DNA of 64,000 bases from an uncultured Acidobacteriota bacterium. Lineage in GTDB: Bacteria; Acidobacteriota; Polarisedimenticolia; J045. Location: contig CAVPCQ010000010.1 of assembly GCA_963702425.1 (NCBI GenBank), positions 68,182-132,181 of the forward strand, given 5' to 3'. Below are positions 1 to 9,909 of this stretch, one piece after another. The notes below the pieces were generated by a model, which was not told where the DNA came from, did not search any database, and was given only the letters and a program-made list of their open reading frames with translations. Within the stretch, counting starts at the first letter, position 1. Each line of letters begins with the position of its first letter. A program made the position numbers and the translations under genes.

Positions 1-3000
1 GTAGGTCACGCGGATCCGGTCGCTCGGGGCGACCAGCAGCGTCCCGTCGTTGGAGCGCGGCCCGCCGGCGGTGGAGGAGGGGAGGGTCGCGGTGAAGTTC
101 GGCCCGGCGCCGTAGAGCGAGAAGGTCTCGCTGTCACCGGTGGTCTCGGAGACGACCGTCACCTGGACCGCTCCGGAGGCGTTGCCGTCGAGCACGCTGA
201 CCCCGAGCGGCTGGCTCGGGCACTGGAGGTAACTGAAACGGTCGAACGCCACGACCGCGGCCGGGGCGGTGCACGAGCCGACCTGCCCTTCGGCGTGATA
301 CTGGGTGTAGGCCAGGTTGAGATCGTCCAGGGCCAGCCCCTGCGTCGCCGCGGTCTTGAGCGGATCGCCCCCTAGATCGGTGTCGTAGACCTCGATCGCC
401 CAGCGCCACTGGAGCCCCGCCGTGGCCAGGCCGCGGGCGTTTCCGAAGCTGATCCCGTCGGTGTTGGCCGGCGGGGCGGTCGAGTTCCACGGTGTCGCGC
501 TGTCCCAGCCCTGGTCGGGGTAGAAGAAGTAGCCATAGGTGTAGGGGTAGTAGTCGTAGATCTCGTTGACCCCCGGGGTCGAGACGCCAGGGTAGTTGTG
601 GTCCCAGAAGAACCCGACCGCCATCGCTGGATCGGCCAGGGCGACCATGTCCGAGCGGAAGTACCAGGTGGCGGACTGCCACTCGTAGTTCCAGGGCTGG
701 CCGTTGGCCGCGAGGCCGGTGTGGGCCGGCCCGAAGATCGGCGAGTAGAGCGCGGTGTCGACGATCGTGCCCAAGCCGCCGGCTTTCGTCTGCTGGAAGT
801 TGGTGCAGGCGGCGGCGTCGGCGTTGCTCTTGAACGCCCTGGTCCCCGCGGTGTCGCACGAGATCCTCGGGTCGTCGGAACGGGTCTCGCTGCCGCAGCC
901 GGCGCCGTGGGTCCACGGCGCCTCCACCGCGCTGACCTGCGTCGCGGTGCCGCAGTCGAAGGGAGTGCAGGAGTACTGGTAGTCGATCTTCTGCTCGACG
1001 AACCCCTGGGCCCCGGCCTCGAAGTTCCAGCACTGGCCCTCGCTGGCGATGGTGTCGTCGGTCTGAAGCAGGTGGCGCTGGGTGATGACCTGCGGAACGC
1101 TCAAACCGTCGGAGGCCGAGGTGATGTACAGGTTGAAGTCGGTCTCGCTCATCCGCAGGGCCGGGGTGTCGATGCTGGGGTCGATGGTGAGCGTGAAGAC
1201 CGGCGCCGTCAGTTGGCCGCGCGCGAGGGAGCCGAGCTGGACGATCGGGTTGAAGATCGTCACCTTGTTGGCGGCCGGGCCGGTGATGACCAGCTCGGCG
1301 ACGATGTCGGTCAGGTCGGAGGCGGTCGGCGGGTTGTAGATGCCGAAGGTGTACGAGATGTACTCGCCGCCGTCCATGTAGTCGCGGTAGCGCTCGCCCC
1401 CCTGGCCCCCCTCGCAGCCGCCGGCGGTGAGGTAGCCGCCGTCCTGCAGGCGGGTCTTGCAGCTCACCGCCGCGTCGACGGACCGCTCGCCGTGGCCCGG
1501 GTGCGGGTCGGCGTAGAAGGTCGTGATCGTCTCCGTGTCGTGAACGTTGACCGTACCGTTGTTCGACGAGCCGGGAGCGCCGCTGACCGGCAGCGTCGCT
1601 TTCCAGGTCTTGCAGGTGCCGCCGGAGCAGTCGGATCCGGTCCAGGACCCCGCCGGGATCTTCTCGGAGTCGCCTCCGGTGGTCGAGATCGTGATTCTGG
1701 CCGCGACGGTCGCCGCGTCGATCGCGATCGAGTCGGTCACCGTGACCGTCATCGAGTCATCACAGGTGTAGGTCCCCTTGTCCACCTGGACCTGCGCGTC
1801 GGTGCTGCACGAGGAGAAGCGGAAGCTCGCGATGGCGGTCTTCCATGCGGCGTAGCCGCCGTCGGAGAACTCGCCGAGGTACCAGAAGGTGCAGCCGTCC
1901 GGATCGACGGTCATTCCGCTGTAATCCCCCCAGCGGTCGCAGCCGCCCCCGCAGCCGCCGCCGTCGGTGTAGTTGCCGAGGCCGGCGCGCTGGAGCGTCT
2001 CGCTCTGGAGCGTGCCCGGCGGGTCGCTGAACAGGCGCCCGGTGATCCAGAGCTGGGTGTGGGTCGTCGGGCTGGACTTTGTATAGCCGATCGCGATGCT
2101 GCCGTTCCGGTCGACCGATACGTCGGGGTAGTAGCGGAAGTCGTCGGTGCTGCCGTAGGCGCCGCCGGTCTGCTGCTGCTCGAGCACCGGCGCCGGCCCG
2201 GAGACGTTGACCTGGATCCAGTCGATGCAGCTCTCGGCGTTGCCGCCGCCGAGGTTGCAGCCCGTGGCGCGTGTGGCCCAGAGCCTGCCGCCGCGGTACT
2301 CGGCGTCGTACCAGCGGCCGCTCCCGGTATCGTTGTAGTTGCCCGGAAGTGACCCCAGCTCGGGCGCGCTCGGCGGCACGCCGTTGAACGCCGCCTCGGG
2401 GAAGGTGCCGTAGATCACCGGCGGCGTGGCGAACGGATCGCTCCAGCGCCAGATCCGGCTGTTCCCGCCGCCGTCGTGCGCGATGAAGTGGTGCGGGGTG
2501 CCCGGGGCCGGCCAGCCGCCAGAGGTATAGCCGTGGATCTTGACCGGCTGGGCCGTGAAGAACAACGAGCCGAGCCCCGCCTCCGCGACCGCGGCCGCAG
2601 TTCCCTGGTAGAGGGCGTTCTTGTCGACGGCGAAGATCCGGATGGAATCGAGGCCGCCATTGTCGACGAACATGTTGCCCGAGATGTAGATCGCGTCGAG
2701 GCCGATGCCCATGTGTGGGTAGTCCAGCCAGGTGCTCGGCTGGACCGAGTCGGAGCGGAACGAGGTCCGGTACCAGACCCCCGTCGGGTCGTTGGTGGCC
2801 GTCGCGGCGACGCAGAGATAGGAATCCTGGCCGCTCGTCGTTTCGAGCGTCTCGCCACCCATGACGAACCGGTTGGCGGCCTCGTCGTAGTCGACGAAGA
2901 CGTCGAAGACGCTGGCGCAGTGGGGCACGCCGGCGAAGAACTGGTCCAGCGTGATCTCGTCGATCAACGGCGTGCCGGCCTTGTTCCACACCCGGTAGCG

Positions 3001-3879
3001 CTGGTTGACGATCGCGACCAGGTGGCCCGGGCCGGCAGCCATGATCGGGTCCGGCGGGACCATGAAGGTGCCGCCCGATCCGATTGCGTCGAAGCTGACG
3101 CCGGCCGGGGAGGGGGCGAGGGGAGACGGCCCGCTCACGTCCTGGGCGTCCGGCGTCAGCGGGGCGCTTTCGGCCTGCCGCTTGACCCAGCGGTACTCTT
3201 CCCAGGTCATCCCGGAGTGGTGGTCGAGCAGCGATTCCTGCTCCGACTCGACCTCGCTCTTCGGCTCGATCTTCTCGCCCGGCGGGAGCTGACGCAGGTC
3301 GATCGGCGAGATCTGGTACTTCGCGCCGTGCACGGCGTAGCTGATCGACTCGTCCGGGACGTACTCGACCCGCTTGCCGCTGAGCAGGTTGGCGGCGTAG
3401 TTGCTGGCGAGCGCACTGGGGATCCCCGCGGGGCCGGCAGTCCCCAGATTCGCCGTCTGCGCCGCCTTCCAGGCCTCGAACTCCGCCTGGGCCTCCGCGG
3501 TCGCGGGACGGTAGCCGCGGACCCAGCGGCCCGCGGTGACCGCGTCGGTGGACATCCGCTCCCTCGGCGCGACGGTCTGCGTGCCGGGAATGCGCTCGCG
3601 CGGCGGCGCGAGTTTGCCGTCCTGGCGCCATGGCCCCGGGCGCGTCGCCTTGACGCTGTCTCTCACGCCCCCCGACTTCGCCGTCTCGCCGGACCCGTCG
3701 GCCGAGCAGGTTCCCCCGTCGGTCGCGACGGCAGCCGGTGCCGGCTGCACGGACTCCGCCGGCGCCTCCTCCGCTCCGGCCGGCATGACCGGCAGGAGCG
3801 CGATGAGCGCGGCCAGGATCGCCGCGAGTACGAGGCTTCGTCCTGAGGGCTTGGAGGATCGCTTGTCGTGGGAGCGCAT
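1..3879 (-). CDS. Large secreted multidomain protein (>1290 aa, 3' end runs off the window); uncharacterised beta-propeller-like N-terminal region followed by Ig-like/Cys-containing domains
   Basis: Not in the ORF track because it is open at the window edge. Manual translation from ATG at 3879 (RBS GAGGAG) gives MRSHDKRSSKPSGRSLVLAAILAALIALLPVMPAGA (signal peptide), then PPDPIMAAGPGHLVAIVN, NDPTGVWY, WLDYPHMG, RWGDYSGMTVDPDGCTFWY, and stays in frame to ...DRIRVTY at base 1. Confidence 0.85.
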   Translation of the reverse strand, partial: MRSHDKRSSKPSGRSLVLAAILAALIALLPVMPAGAEEAPAESVQPAPAAVATDGGTCSADGSGETAKSGGVRDSVKATRPGPWRQDGKLAPPRERIPGTQTVAPRERMSTDAVTAGRWVRGYRPATAEAQAEFEAWKAAQTANLGTAGPAGIPSALASNYAANLLSGKRVEYVPDESISYAVHGAKYQISPIDLRQLPPGEKIEPKSEVESEQESLLDHHSGMTWEEYRWVKRQAESAPLTPDAQDVSGPSPLAPSPAGVSFDAIGSGGTFMVPPDPIMAAGPGHLVAIVNQRYRVWNKAGTPLIDEITLDQFFAGVPHCASVFDVFVDYDEAANRFVMGGETLETTSGQDSYLCVAATATNDPTGVWYRTSFRSDSVQPSTWLDYPHMGIGLDAIYISGNMFVDNGGLDSIRIFAVDKNALYQGTAAAVAEAGLGSLFFTAQPVKIHGYTSGGWPAPGTPHHFIAHDGGGNSRIWRWSDPFATPPVIYGTFPEAAFNGVPPSAPELGSLPGNYNDTGSGRWYDAEYRGGRLWATRATGCNLGGGNAESCIDWIQVNVSGPAPVLEQQQTGGAYGSTDDFRYYPDVSVDRNGSIAIGYTKSSPTTHTQLWITGRLFSDPPGTLQSETLQRAGLGNYTDGGGCGGGCDRWGDYSGMTVDPDGCTFWYLGEFSDGGYAAWKTAIASFRFSSCSTDAQVQVDKGTYTCDDSMTVTVTDSIAIDAATVAARITISTTGGDSEKIPAGSWTGSDCSGGTCKTWKATLPVSGAPGSSNNGTVNVHDTETITTFYADPHPGHGERSVDAAVSCKTRLQDGGYLTAGGCEGGQGGERYRDYMDGGEYISYTFGIYNPPTASDLTDIVAELVITGPAANKVTIFNPIVQLGSLARGQLTAPVFTLTIDPSIDTPALRMSETDFNLYITSASDGLSVPQVITQRHLLQTDDTIASEGQCWNFEAGAQGFVEQKIDYQYSCTPFDCGTATQVSAVEAPWTHGAGCGSETRSDDPRISCDTAGTRAFKSNADAAACTNFQQTKAGGLGTIVDTALYSPIFGPAHTGLAANGQPWNYEWQSATWYFRSDMVALADPAMAVGFFWDHNYPGVSTPGVNEIYDYYPYTYGYFFYPDQGWDSATPWNSTAPPANTDGISFGNARGLATAGLQWRWAIEVYDTDLGGDPLKTAATQGLALDDLNLAYTQYHAEGQVGSCTAPAAVVAFDRFSYLQCPSQPLGVSVLDGNASGAVQVTVVSETTGDSETFSLYGAGPNFTATLPSSTAGGPRSNDGTLLVAPSDRIRVTY

Positions 3880-3916
3880 GGGGGACTCTCCTCGGGGTCT
3901 TGCTGTCATCCGGCGA

Positions 3917-6733
3917 TCATTCGCCTCCGCCGCTGTTCTCGGCGGTCACGCGGTAGAAGTAGGGATCGGGGGTGCCGAGCGCGTCGACGTCGACCCACCG
4001 GGTGGAGGTCGCGGAGCCAGCCTCGATCCAGGGGCCCTGCGGAGCGAGGGCACGCTCGATCCGGTAGAGCGTCGCGGGGCCGTGGCCGCCGTCGACCGGC
4101 GGCGCGTTCCAGGTCAGCACGACGTGACCGGCGGCGTCGGCCGAGACTCTCAGGCTGCCGCCGACCGGGTTGGGCGCCGAGAGCAGCGGGGGTGAGAAGG
4201 ACTGGCAGTCCACCCACATCCCGCGGATGTGTACCTCGTCGACGGCGGCCTCGACGACCGAGTCGGCGCCCCCGTCCGTGGCGGTGAAGCGGAGCCGCAT
4301 GTTCTCGCTGGGGGCCAGGAGCGCCATCAAGTCGGTCGAGAGGTTCTTCCATCCGCCGGTCGGCGAAACCCGCTGCTCGAGGAGCAGCCAGCTCGCGCCG
4401 CCGTCGTTGGTCACCTCGGCCTTGTACGAGTCGCTCGACGCGGAGTCGTCGTAGTACCAACGGTCGTAGGTCAGCGACATCGCCTGGACGTGCGGCGCAC
4501 CGAAGGTCGGTGAGAGCAGGAACGTCGATCCGCCGTCGACGTCGTTGCTGCTCGGGCTGCCGCCGCCGCTGCCGGTGACCCAGCACATGACCCCAGGGGC
4601 CGGAGTCGTGTCGTCTTCGGGGTTGCTGAGCCCGCCGCTGATGCTCACCCCCACCGGATCCTCGCGGACAAAGCGACCGGCACTGGCCGAGCCCGGATTG
4701 GACGACCAGCCCGCCGCGGTTTCCATGTCGTAGTCGAGCCCGCTCAGCGGCGTCTCCGTTCCGACGCGCACGCGGAAGCTCGACCGGCGCACCGAGCTGC
4801 CGTAGCGGAACTCGAGGTCGAAGATCGCGATCGTAGCGCACGCCGAGGGATCGACGCTCAGCGAGAAGTGCGGGGCGAGGCTGCTCGCCGTGCCGCGCGC
4901 CGGGAGCGTCGGGAAATACGCGACCCGGTCGTGGATCGTGATCCCCGGGGTGGTCGTGGTCAGGATCGCCTGCAAGCCGACGATCGGTGCGTCCGTCCGG
5001 CTCTCGACCGTGACGGACAGCGTGACCTGCTCGCCCGGGTCGAGTCCGCCGTCGGCGTTCCCGAGCGAGGTGTCGTCGAAGGCGTGCGAGCGAAAAACCA
5101 CCCCCGACTCGACGGCGAGCACCGCGGGATAGGCCTGCACCAGCCCGGTGCCGTAATCGAGGTTCTTGCCCGGCGCGCCGCGGTGCTGGGCGGTCGTCAT
5201 CAGCGCCTCGGCCAGCTCCGCCGGCGTGGCCTCGGGATTCGCCTGGAGCATCAACGCCACGATTCCGGTGACGTGCGGCGTCGCCGAGGAGGTCCCACTG
5301 AAGCTGCAGTAGCCGGTTCCCGGACAGGTGGTCGACGTCCCGTTGCCGTACGCCGAGAGATCCGGCTTGAGCAGGCCCGGCTCCGCGCCGCCGTGATAGG
5401 GGTAGTCCATGTACGCCGGCGTCAGCGGGTAGGGGTAGGCCGGGTTGCTCCAGGCGACGATGTCCTCCCAGGCCGACGGGCCACGCGACGACGACGGCGT
5501 CAGATCGTTCGTCGAGTAGTCGATGTTGGCCACGGCGACTACCGACGAGATCCCGCCGACGATCGTCTGGTCGGGATGGAGCCACGGCGGCGGACAGTTG
5601 GCGGGCGCCGCCACGTTGTACGGAACCGGCCGGCTGGCGTTCTGGCCGTCGTTGCCGGCGGCATTGAGGTGGAGCACGCCCGCGGCCAGCTCGGTATCGG
5701 TCTGCCGCCGCCAGCCCTCGTAGTCCGGTGGATCCTCCCAGGGCCAGATGAACGATTCGGTGATGACGTGCGCGCCGTTGGCGATCGCGTAATCCGACGC
5801 TTCCCAGCCGATCGAGTCGGGAGGAGAGCAGTCGAAGCCCAGCACCATCAGCTCCGCGTCGGGTGCCATGCCCGTCACGACCCCGTTGGTCCCGTCTCCG
5901 GCGACCTGGCCGGCGACCTGCGTGCCGTGGGAGCCGCTGGTCGGCTCGTTGTCGTGGTTGCAGAGGTCCCAGCCCCAGGTGTCGTCGACGTAGCCGTTGG
6001 CGTCGTCGTCGATCCCGTTTCCCGGGACCTCGTCGAGGTTGGTCCAGATGTGATCGGCCAGGTCGGGGTGGTTGCGGTAGACGCCCGTGTCCAGGACCGC
6101 GACGATCACGCCGGCGCCGGTGTAGCCCAGCTCGTTCCAGACCTGCGGCGCGCCCATCGCGGTCACCTCGCCGCGGATCGTCGCGTTCGGGTTCGGCCCC
6201 GAGGTGTCGCCGCCGGTGGGGCCGGTCGCAGGGACTCCCCCGGCGGCGCCGGGCTCGGCAGCCCCGGGTTCGGCAGCCCCGTCGGCCGGCTCGCCGCGCC
6301 CGCCGTCGTGAAGGACCCAACGCACTTCCGGCAGCTCGGCGAGCCGCGCGATCATCGCCGGCGTGGCCTCGAGCGCGAGGCCGTTGACGCCCCACAGCAC
6401 GCGCACCCGGCCCGCGGCGCCGGGCTCCCCGTCCAGCACCTCGAGCACGCCGCGCTGGCTGCGATCGGCGAGGGCCTGCAGCATCGAGACCACGCGGGCC
6501 CGGCGCTGCTCGCGATCCATCCCGCGGACCTCGCCCAGCAGCGTCTCCGGCGCGGGAAACTCGTCCATCAGAACCACGATGGGTACGCGATCGTTCGGAC
6601 CCGCGGACGCCAGCGCCTCGCGCAGGCTCGGCGCCAGCGAACCGCCGTGCGCGGGGACGGCGACGGTCACGCAGAGCAAGGCGAGCGCGCACGCGACCGC
6701 GTGCGGCGAAATCCTGTCGGAGGGGTAGTTCAT
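3917..6733 (-). CDS. Secreted S8 subtilisin-like serine peptidase with propeptide, accessory beta-domains and FN3-like C-terminal tail (paralog 1)
   Basis: Start in ATGATGA overlap with the upstream stop (6731-6736). Signal peptide; catalytic triad VAVLDTG / HGTQVAG / SGTSSATPHV; oxyanion NAAGND; WTNLDEVPGNGIDDDANGYVDDTWGWD insert. Confidence 0.93.
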   Translation of the reverse strand: MNYPSDRISPHAVACALALLCVTVAVPAHGGSLAPSLREALASAGPNDRVPIVVLMDEFPAPETLLGEVRGMDREQRRARVVSMLQALADRSQRGVLEVLDGEPGAAGRVRVLWGVNGLALEATPAMIARLAELPEVRWVLHDGGRGEPADGAAEPGAAEPGAAGGVPATGPTGGDTSGPNPNATIRGEVTAMGAPQVWNELGYTGAGVIVAVLDTGVYRNHPDLADHIWTNLDEVPGNGIDDDANGYVDDTWGWDLCNHDNEPTSGSHGTQVAGQVAGDGTNGVVTGMAPDAELMVLGFDCSPPDSIGWEASDYAIANGAHVITESFIWPWEDPPDYEGWRRQTDTELAAGVLHLNAAGNDGQNASRPVPYNVAAPANCPPPWLHPDQTIVGGISSVVAVANIDYSTNDLTPSSSRGPSAWEDIVAWSNPAYPYPLTPAYMDYPYHGGAEPGLLKPDLSAYGNGTSTTCPGTGYCSFSGTSSATPHVTGIVALMLQANPEATPAELAEALMTTAQHRGAPGKNLDYGTGLVQAYPAVLAVESGVVFRSHAFDDTSLGNADGGLDPGEQVTLSVTVESRTDAPIVGLQAILTTTTPGITIHDRVAYFPTLPARGTASSLAPHFSLSVDPSACATIAIFDLEFRYGSSVRRSSFRVRVGTETPLSGLDYDMETAAGWSSNPGSASAGRFVREDPVGVSISGGLSNPEDDTTPAPGVMCWVTGSGGGSPSSNDVDGGSTFLLSPTFGAPHVQAMSLTYDRWYYDDSASSDSYKAEVTNDGGASWLLLEQRVSPTGGWKNLSTDLMALLAPSENMRLRFTATDGGADSVVEAAVDEVHIRGMWVDCQSFSPPLLSAPNPVGGSLRVSADAAGHVVLTWNAPPVDGGHGPATLYRIERALAPQGPWIEAGSATSTRWVDVDALGTPDPYFYRVTAENSGGGE

Positions 6734-9539
6734 CATTCGACGCCTCCGCTGTTCTCCGCGGCCACGCGGTAGAAGTACGAGTCGGGGGTACCGCGCGCGC
6801 CGACGTCGAACCAGCGCGTCGAGGTCGCGGTGCCGACCGCGGTCCAGGGTCCCTGGGGCACGACGGCGCGCTCGATCCGGTAGAGCGAGGCCGCGCCGTG
6901 GCCGGCATCGACCGGCGGCGCGCTCCACGTCAGCAGCACGTGGCCGTCCGCGGTGGCCGCGACGCGCAGCGTGTCGCCGACGGGGTTGGGTGGCGACAGC
7001 AGCGGGGGCGAGTAGGACTGGCAATCCACCCACATCCCGCTGAGGTGCACCTCGTCGACCGCAGCCTCGACCACGTTGTCGCTTGCGCCGTCGGTGGCCG
7101 AGAAGCGGAGCCGCATGTTCTCGCTCGGCGTCAGGAGCGTCATCAGGTCGGTCGAGAAGTTTTTCCAGCCGCTGGTCGGCGTGACCCGCGTGTCGAGGAG
7201 CACCCAGCTCGCGCCGCCGTCGTTGGTCACCTCGGCCTTGAGCGAGTCGCTGCTCGACGAGTCGTCGTAGTACCAGCGGTCGTAGGTCAGCGACAGCTGG
7301 TAGATGTGCGGCGCCCCGAAGATCGGGGAGGAGAGGAAGGTCGTTCCGCCGTCGACGTCGTTGTCGTTCGGGCCGCCACCGCCGCTGCCGGTGACCCAGC
7401 AGCGGACGCCGGGGTCCGGCGTCGTGTCGTCCTCGGGGTTGCTGAGTCCTCCGGAAACGCTCACCCCCACGGGGTCCTCGCGGACCCACCTTCCGCGGGT
7501 GGCGGTGCCCAGCGCGGAGGTCCAGCCGGCCGCCGTCTCCATGTCGAAGTCGAGGCCGGTCAGCGGCCGCTCCGTGCCGACGAGGGACCGGAAGCTCGAG
7601 CGGCGCACCGTGCCGCCGTAGCGGAACTCGAGATCGAAGACCGCCAGCGCGGTGCACGCCCCCGGGTCCACGCTCAGCGAGACGTGCGGGGCGAGGCTGA
7701 CCACCGTCCCGCGCGCCGGAAGCGACGGGAAGTAGGCGACCTGGTCGTGGATCGTGATCCCGGGAGTCGTCGTCGACACGATCACGTGGAGGCCTTCGAT
7801 CGCCTCATCGCTCCGGCTCTCGACGGTCAGCGACAGGACGAGCTGCTCGCCCGGATCGGGCTGCGCGTCGCCGTTGCCGAACACCGTGTCGTCGAAGGCG
7901 TGCGCGCGGTAGATGACGCCCGACTCGACCGCGAGCACCGCGGGATGGGCCTGCAGCAGCCCGGCGCCGTAGACGTTGTTCTTGCCGGGGTCGCCGCGGT
8001 GCTGCGCCGTCGTCATCAGCGCCCGGGCCAGTTCTTCCGGCGTAGCCTCGGAATTCGACTGGAGCATCAGGGCGATCGCTCCGGACACGTGGGGTGTCGC
8101 TGACGAGGTCCCGCTGAACTGGCAGTAGCTTCCTCCCGGACAGGTCGAGTTCGTGCCGGTGCCGTAGGCCGACAGGTCCGGCTTGATCAGACCGATCCGC
8201 GCGCCGTTCTCGTATGGATAGTCTTCGTATTCGTGAGGATTGACGTAGGGGAACGTTGGATCGGTGTTGGCCTGGATGTTCTCCCAGGCCGACGGGCCGA
8301 GGGACGACGACGAGGCGATGACGTTGGTGCTCCAGTTCACGTCGCCGACCGCCACGACCGACGAGAGCCCCCTGCAATCGTCTGATCCGGGTGAATCCAA
8401 GGCGCCGGGCAGTTCGCCGGGGTCGAAATGTTGTACGGGATCGGTTGCGTCGCCTGACTGCTGCCGAAGTTCCCCGCCGAGTTCGCGTGGATCACGCCGG
8501 CCGCCAGCTCGACGTCGGCCTGGCGGCGGAACCCCGCGTAGTCGGGCCGGTCGGTCCACCACCAGCTGTAGGACTGCGTGATCACGTCGGCCCCCTCGGC
8601 GATCGCGTAGTCGCTCGCCTGCCAGGCGCGCGACGGGGTATCGCAGTCGATCCCGAGCGACATCAGCAGGGCGTCGGGGGCCATGCCGGTGACGGTGCCG
8701 TTGGTCCCGTCGCCCGCCACCTGGCCCGCGACCTGCGTGCCGTGCGTGCCGACGACGGGCTGGGAGTCGGCGCAGAAGTCCCAGCCCCAGGTGTCGTCGA
8801 CGTGGCCGTTGCCGTCATCGTCGAGGCCGTTGGCGGGGATCTCATCCGGGTTGCTCCAGATGTGATCGGACAAATCCGGATGGCTGCGATCGAAGCCGGT
8901 GTCGATCACTGCGACGACAACCCCCAGGCCGGTGTATCCGAGCTCGTCCCAGACCTGCTTCGCGCCAAGCGCGACCACGTCGGGCGCGACCGTAGCATCC
9001 GGGTCCGGGCCCGACGGACCGTCGCCAGACGACGGGACTCCGGGGGCCGCCCCCCCATCTTCTTCGCTGACATCGGGACGCGCCGGGGCGCGGTCGTAAA
9101 GTACCCAGCGGACCTCGGGCAGCTCGGCCAGCCGTGCGATCGCGTCCGGAGCGGCCTCCAACGCCACGCCGTTGACGCCCCAGAGGACCCGGATGTCGCG
9201 CACCCGGTCCCGCAGTTCCCCGTCGGTGACGAGGGCCCGGACGTTCCCCTGGCTGCGCTCGGCGATCCCCTTCAGCGCGGAGACCACGTACTCCCGGCGT
9301 TGCGCCCGATTCATGCCCCGGACCTGGTCGAGCAGCAGCCGCCCCTCGGGGAACTCGGCCATCAGGACCACGACCGGGAGACGATCGTCGGGTCCTGCGA
9401 CCGCGAGCGCCTCGCGGAGGTTCGGGGCCAGCGAGCCGGCGACGGCGAGCGGGCCGGAGACCGCGAGAAGCAGTGCCACAAGGGCTGATCGGTATCCGAC
9501 CACGAAGTCCCTCACCACGAAGTCCCTCCCCCTGTGCAT
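6733..9539 (-). CDS. Secreted S8 peptidase (paralog 2), split by a 1-nt frameshift at about 8370 (probable sequencing error, otherwise pseudogene)
   Basis: ORF 8337-9539 carries signal, VAVIDTG, HGTQVAG, NSAGN; ORF 6733-8562 carries SGTSSATPHV. Adding one base to the C5 run at 8368-8372 gives HPDQTIAGGLSSVVAV, colinear with paralog 1 HPDQTIVGGISSVVAV. Confidence 0.9.
9499..9528. repeat. 15-bp tandem duplication (ACCACGAAGTCCCTC x2)
   Basis: Read directly; encodes RDFVVRDFVV at the N-terminus of S8 paralog 2. Confidence 0.85.
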
Positions 9540-9606
9540 GGGACGCGAGCGAACGATGGCAGAACGAGGAGGGCATCCCTCTTATAGGAGGAAACGGGAG
9601 CCTCGC

Positions 9607-9749
9607 CCATAGGGGAAATCCTGACTCCCGCGAATGCCCTCTCGGTGCCGTGACCGGATCTGCGCGCCCCGGGGTCCGGCTCCCGCCCTCCCGAGATGCA
9701 ACGGACACGCAATAGCCTGGAGGTCGACAGGCCATAGGGAAAACCCTGA
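9607..9749. promoter_or_regulatory. Two copies of an 18-bp semi-palindromic site in the divergent promoter region; candidate transcription-factor operators
   Basis: CCATAGGGGAAATCCTGA (9607-9624) and CCATAGGGAAAACCCTGA (9732-9749), 16/18 identical and AT-richer than the background. Confidence 0.5.
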
Positions 9750-9909
9750 TGGTCCGGTCCGATGGACCAGCGGATCATTCCGCCGCCTGGTGGTCGGCCG
9801 GGGCCGGAGTTTGGTGCCCGTGGGGCAGTCCAGGCATTTCAACCATGCGGGTACGGCCCGCGACTGTCAGCGCACGAGCTGGCGGGCGATACCGGCGAAA
9901 GGGGGCTCC

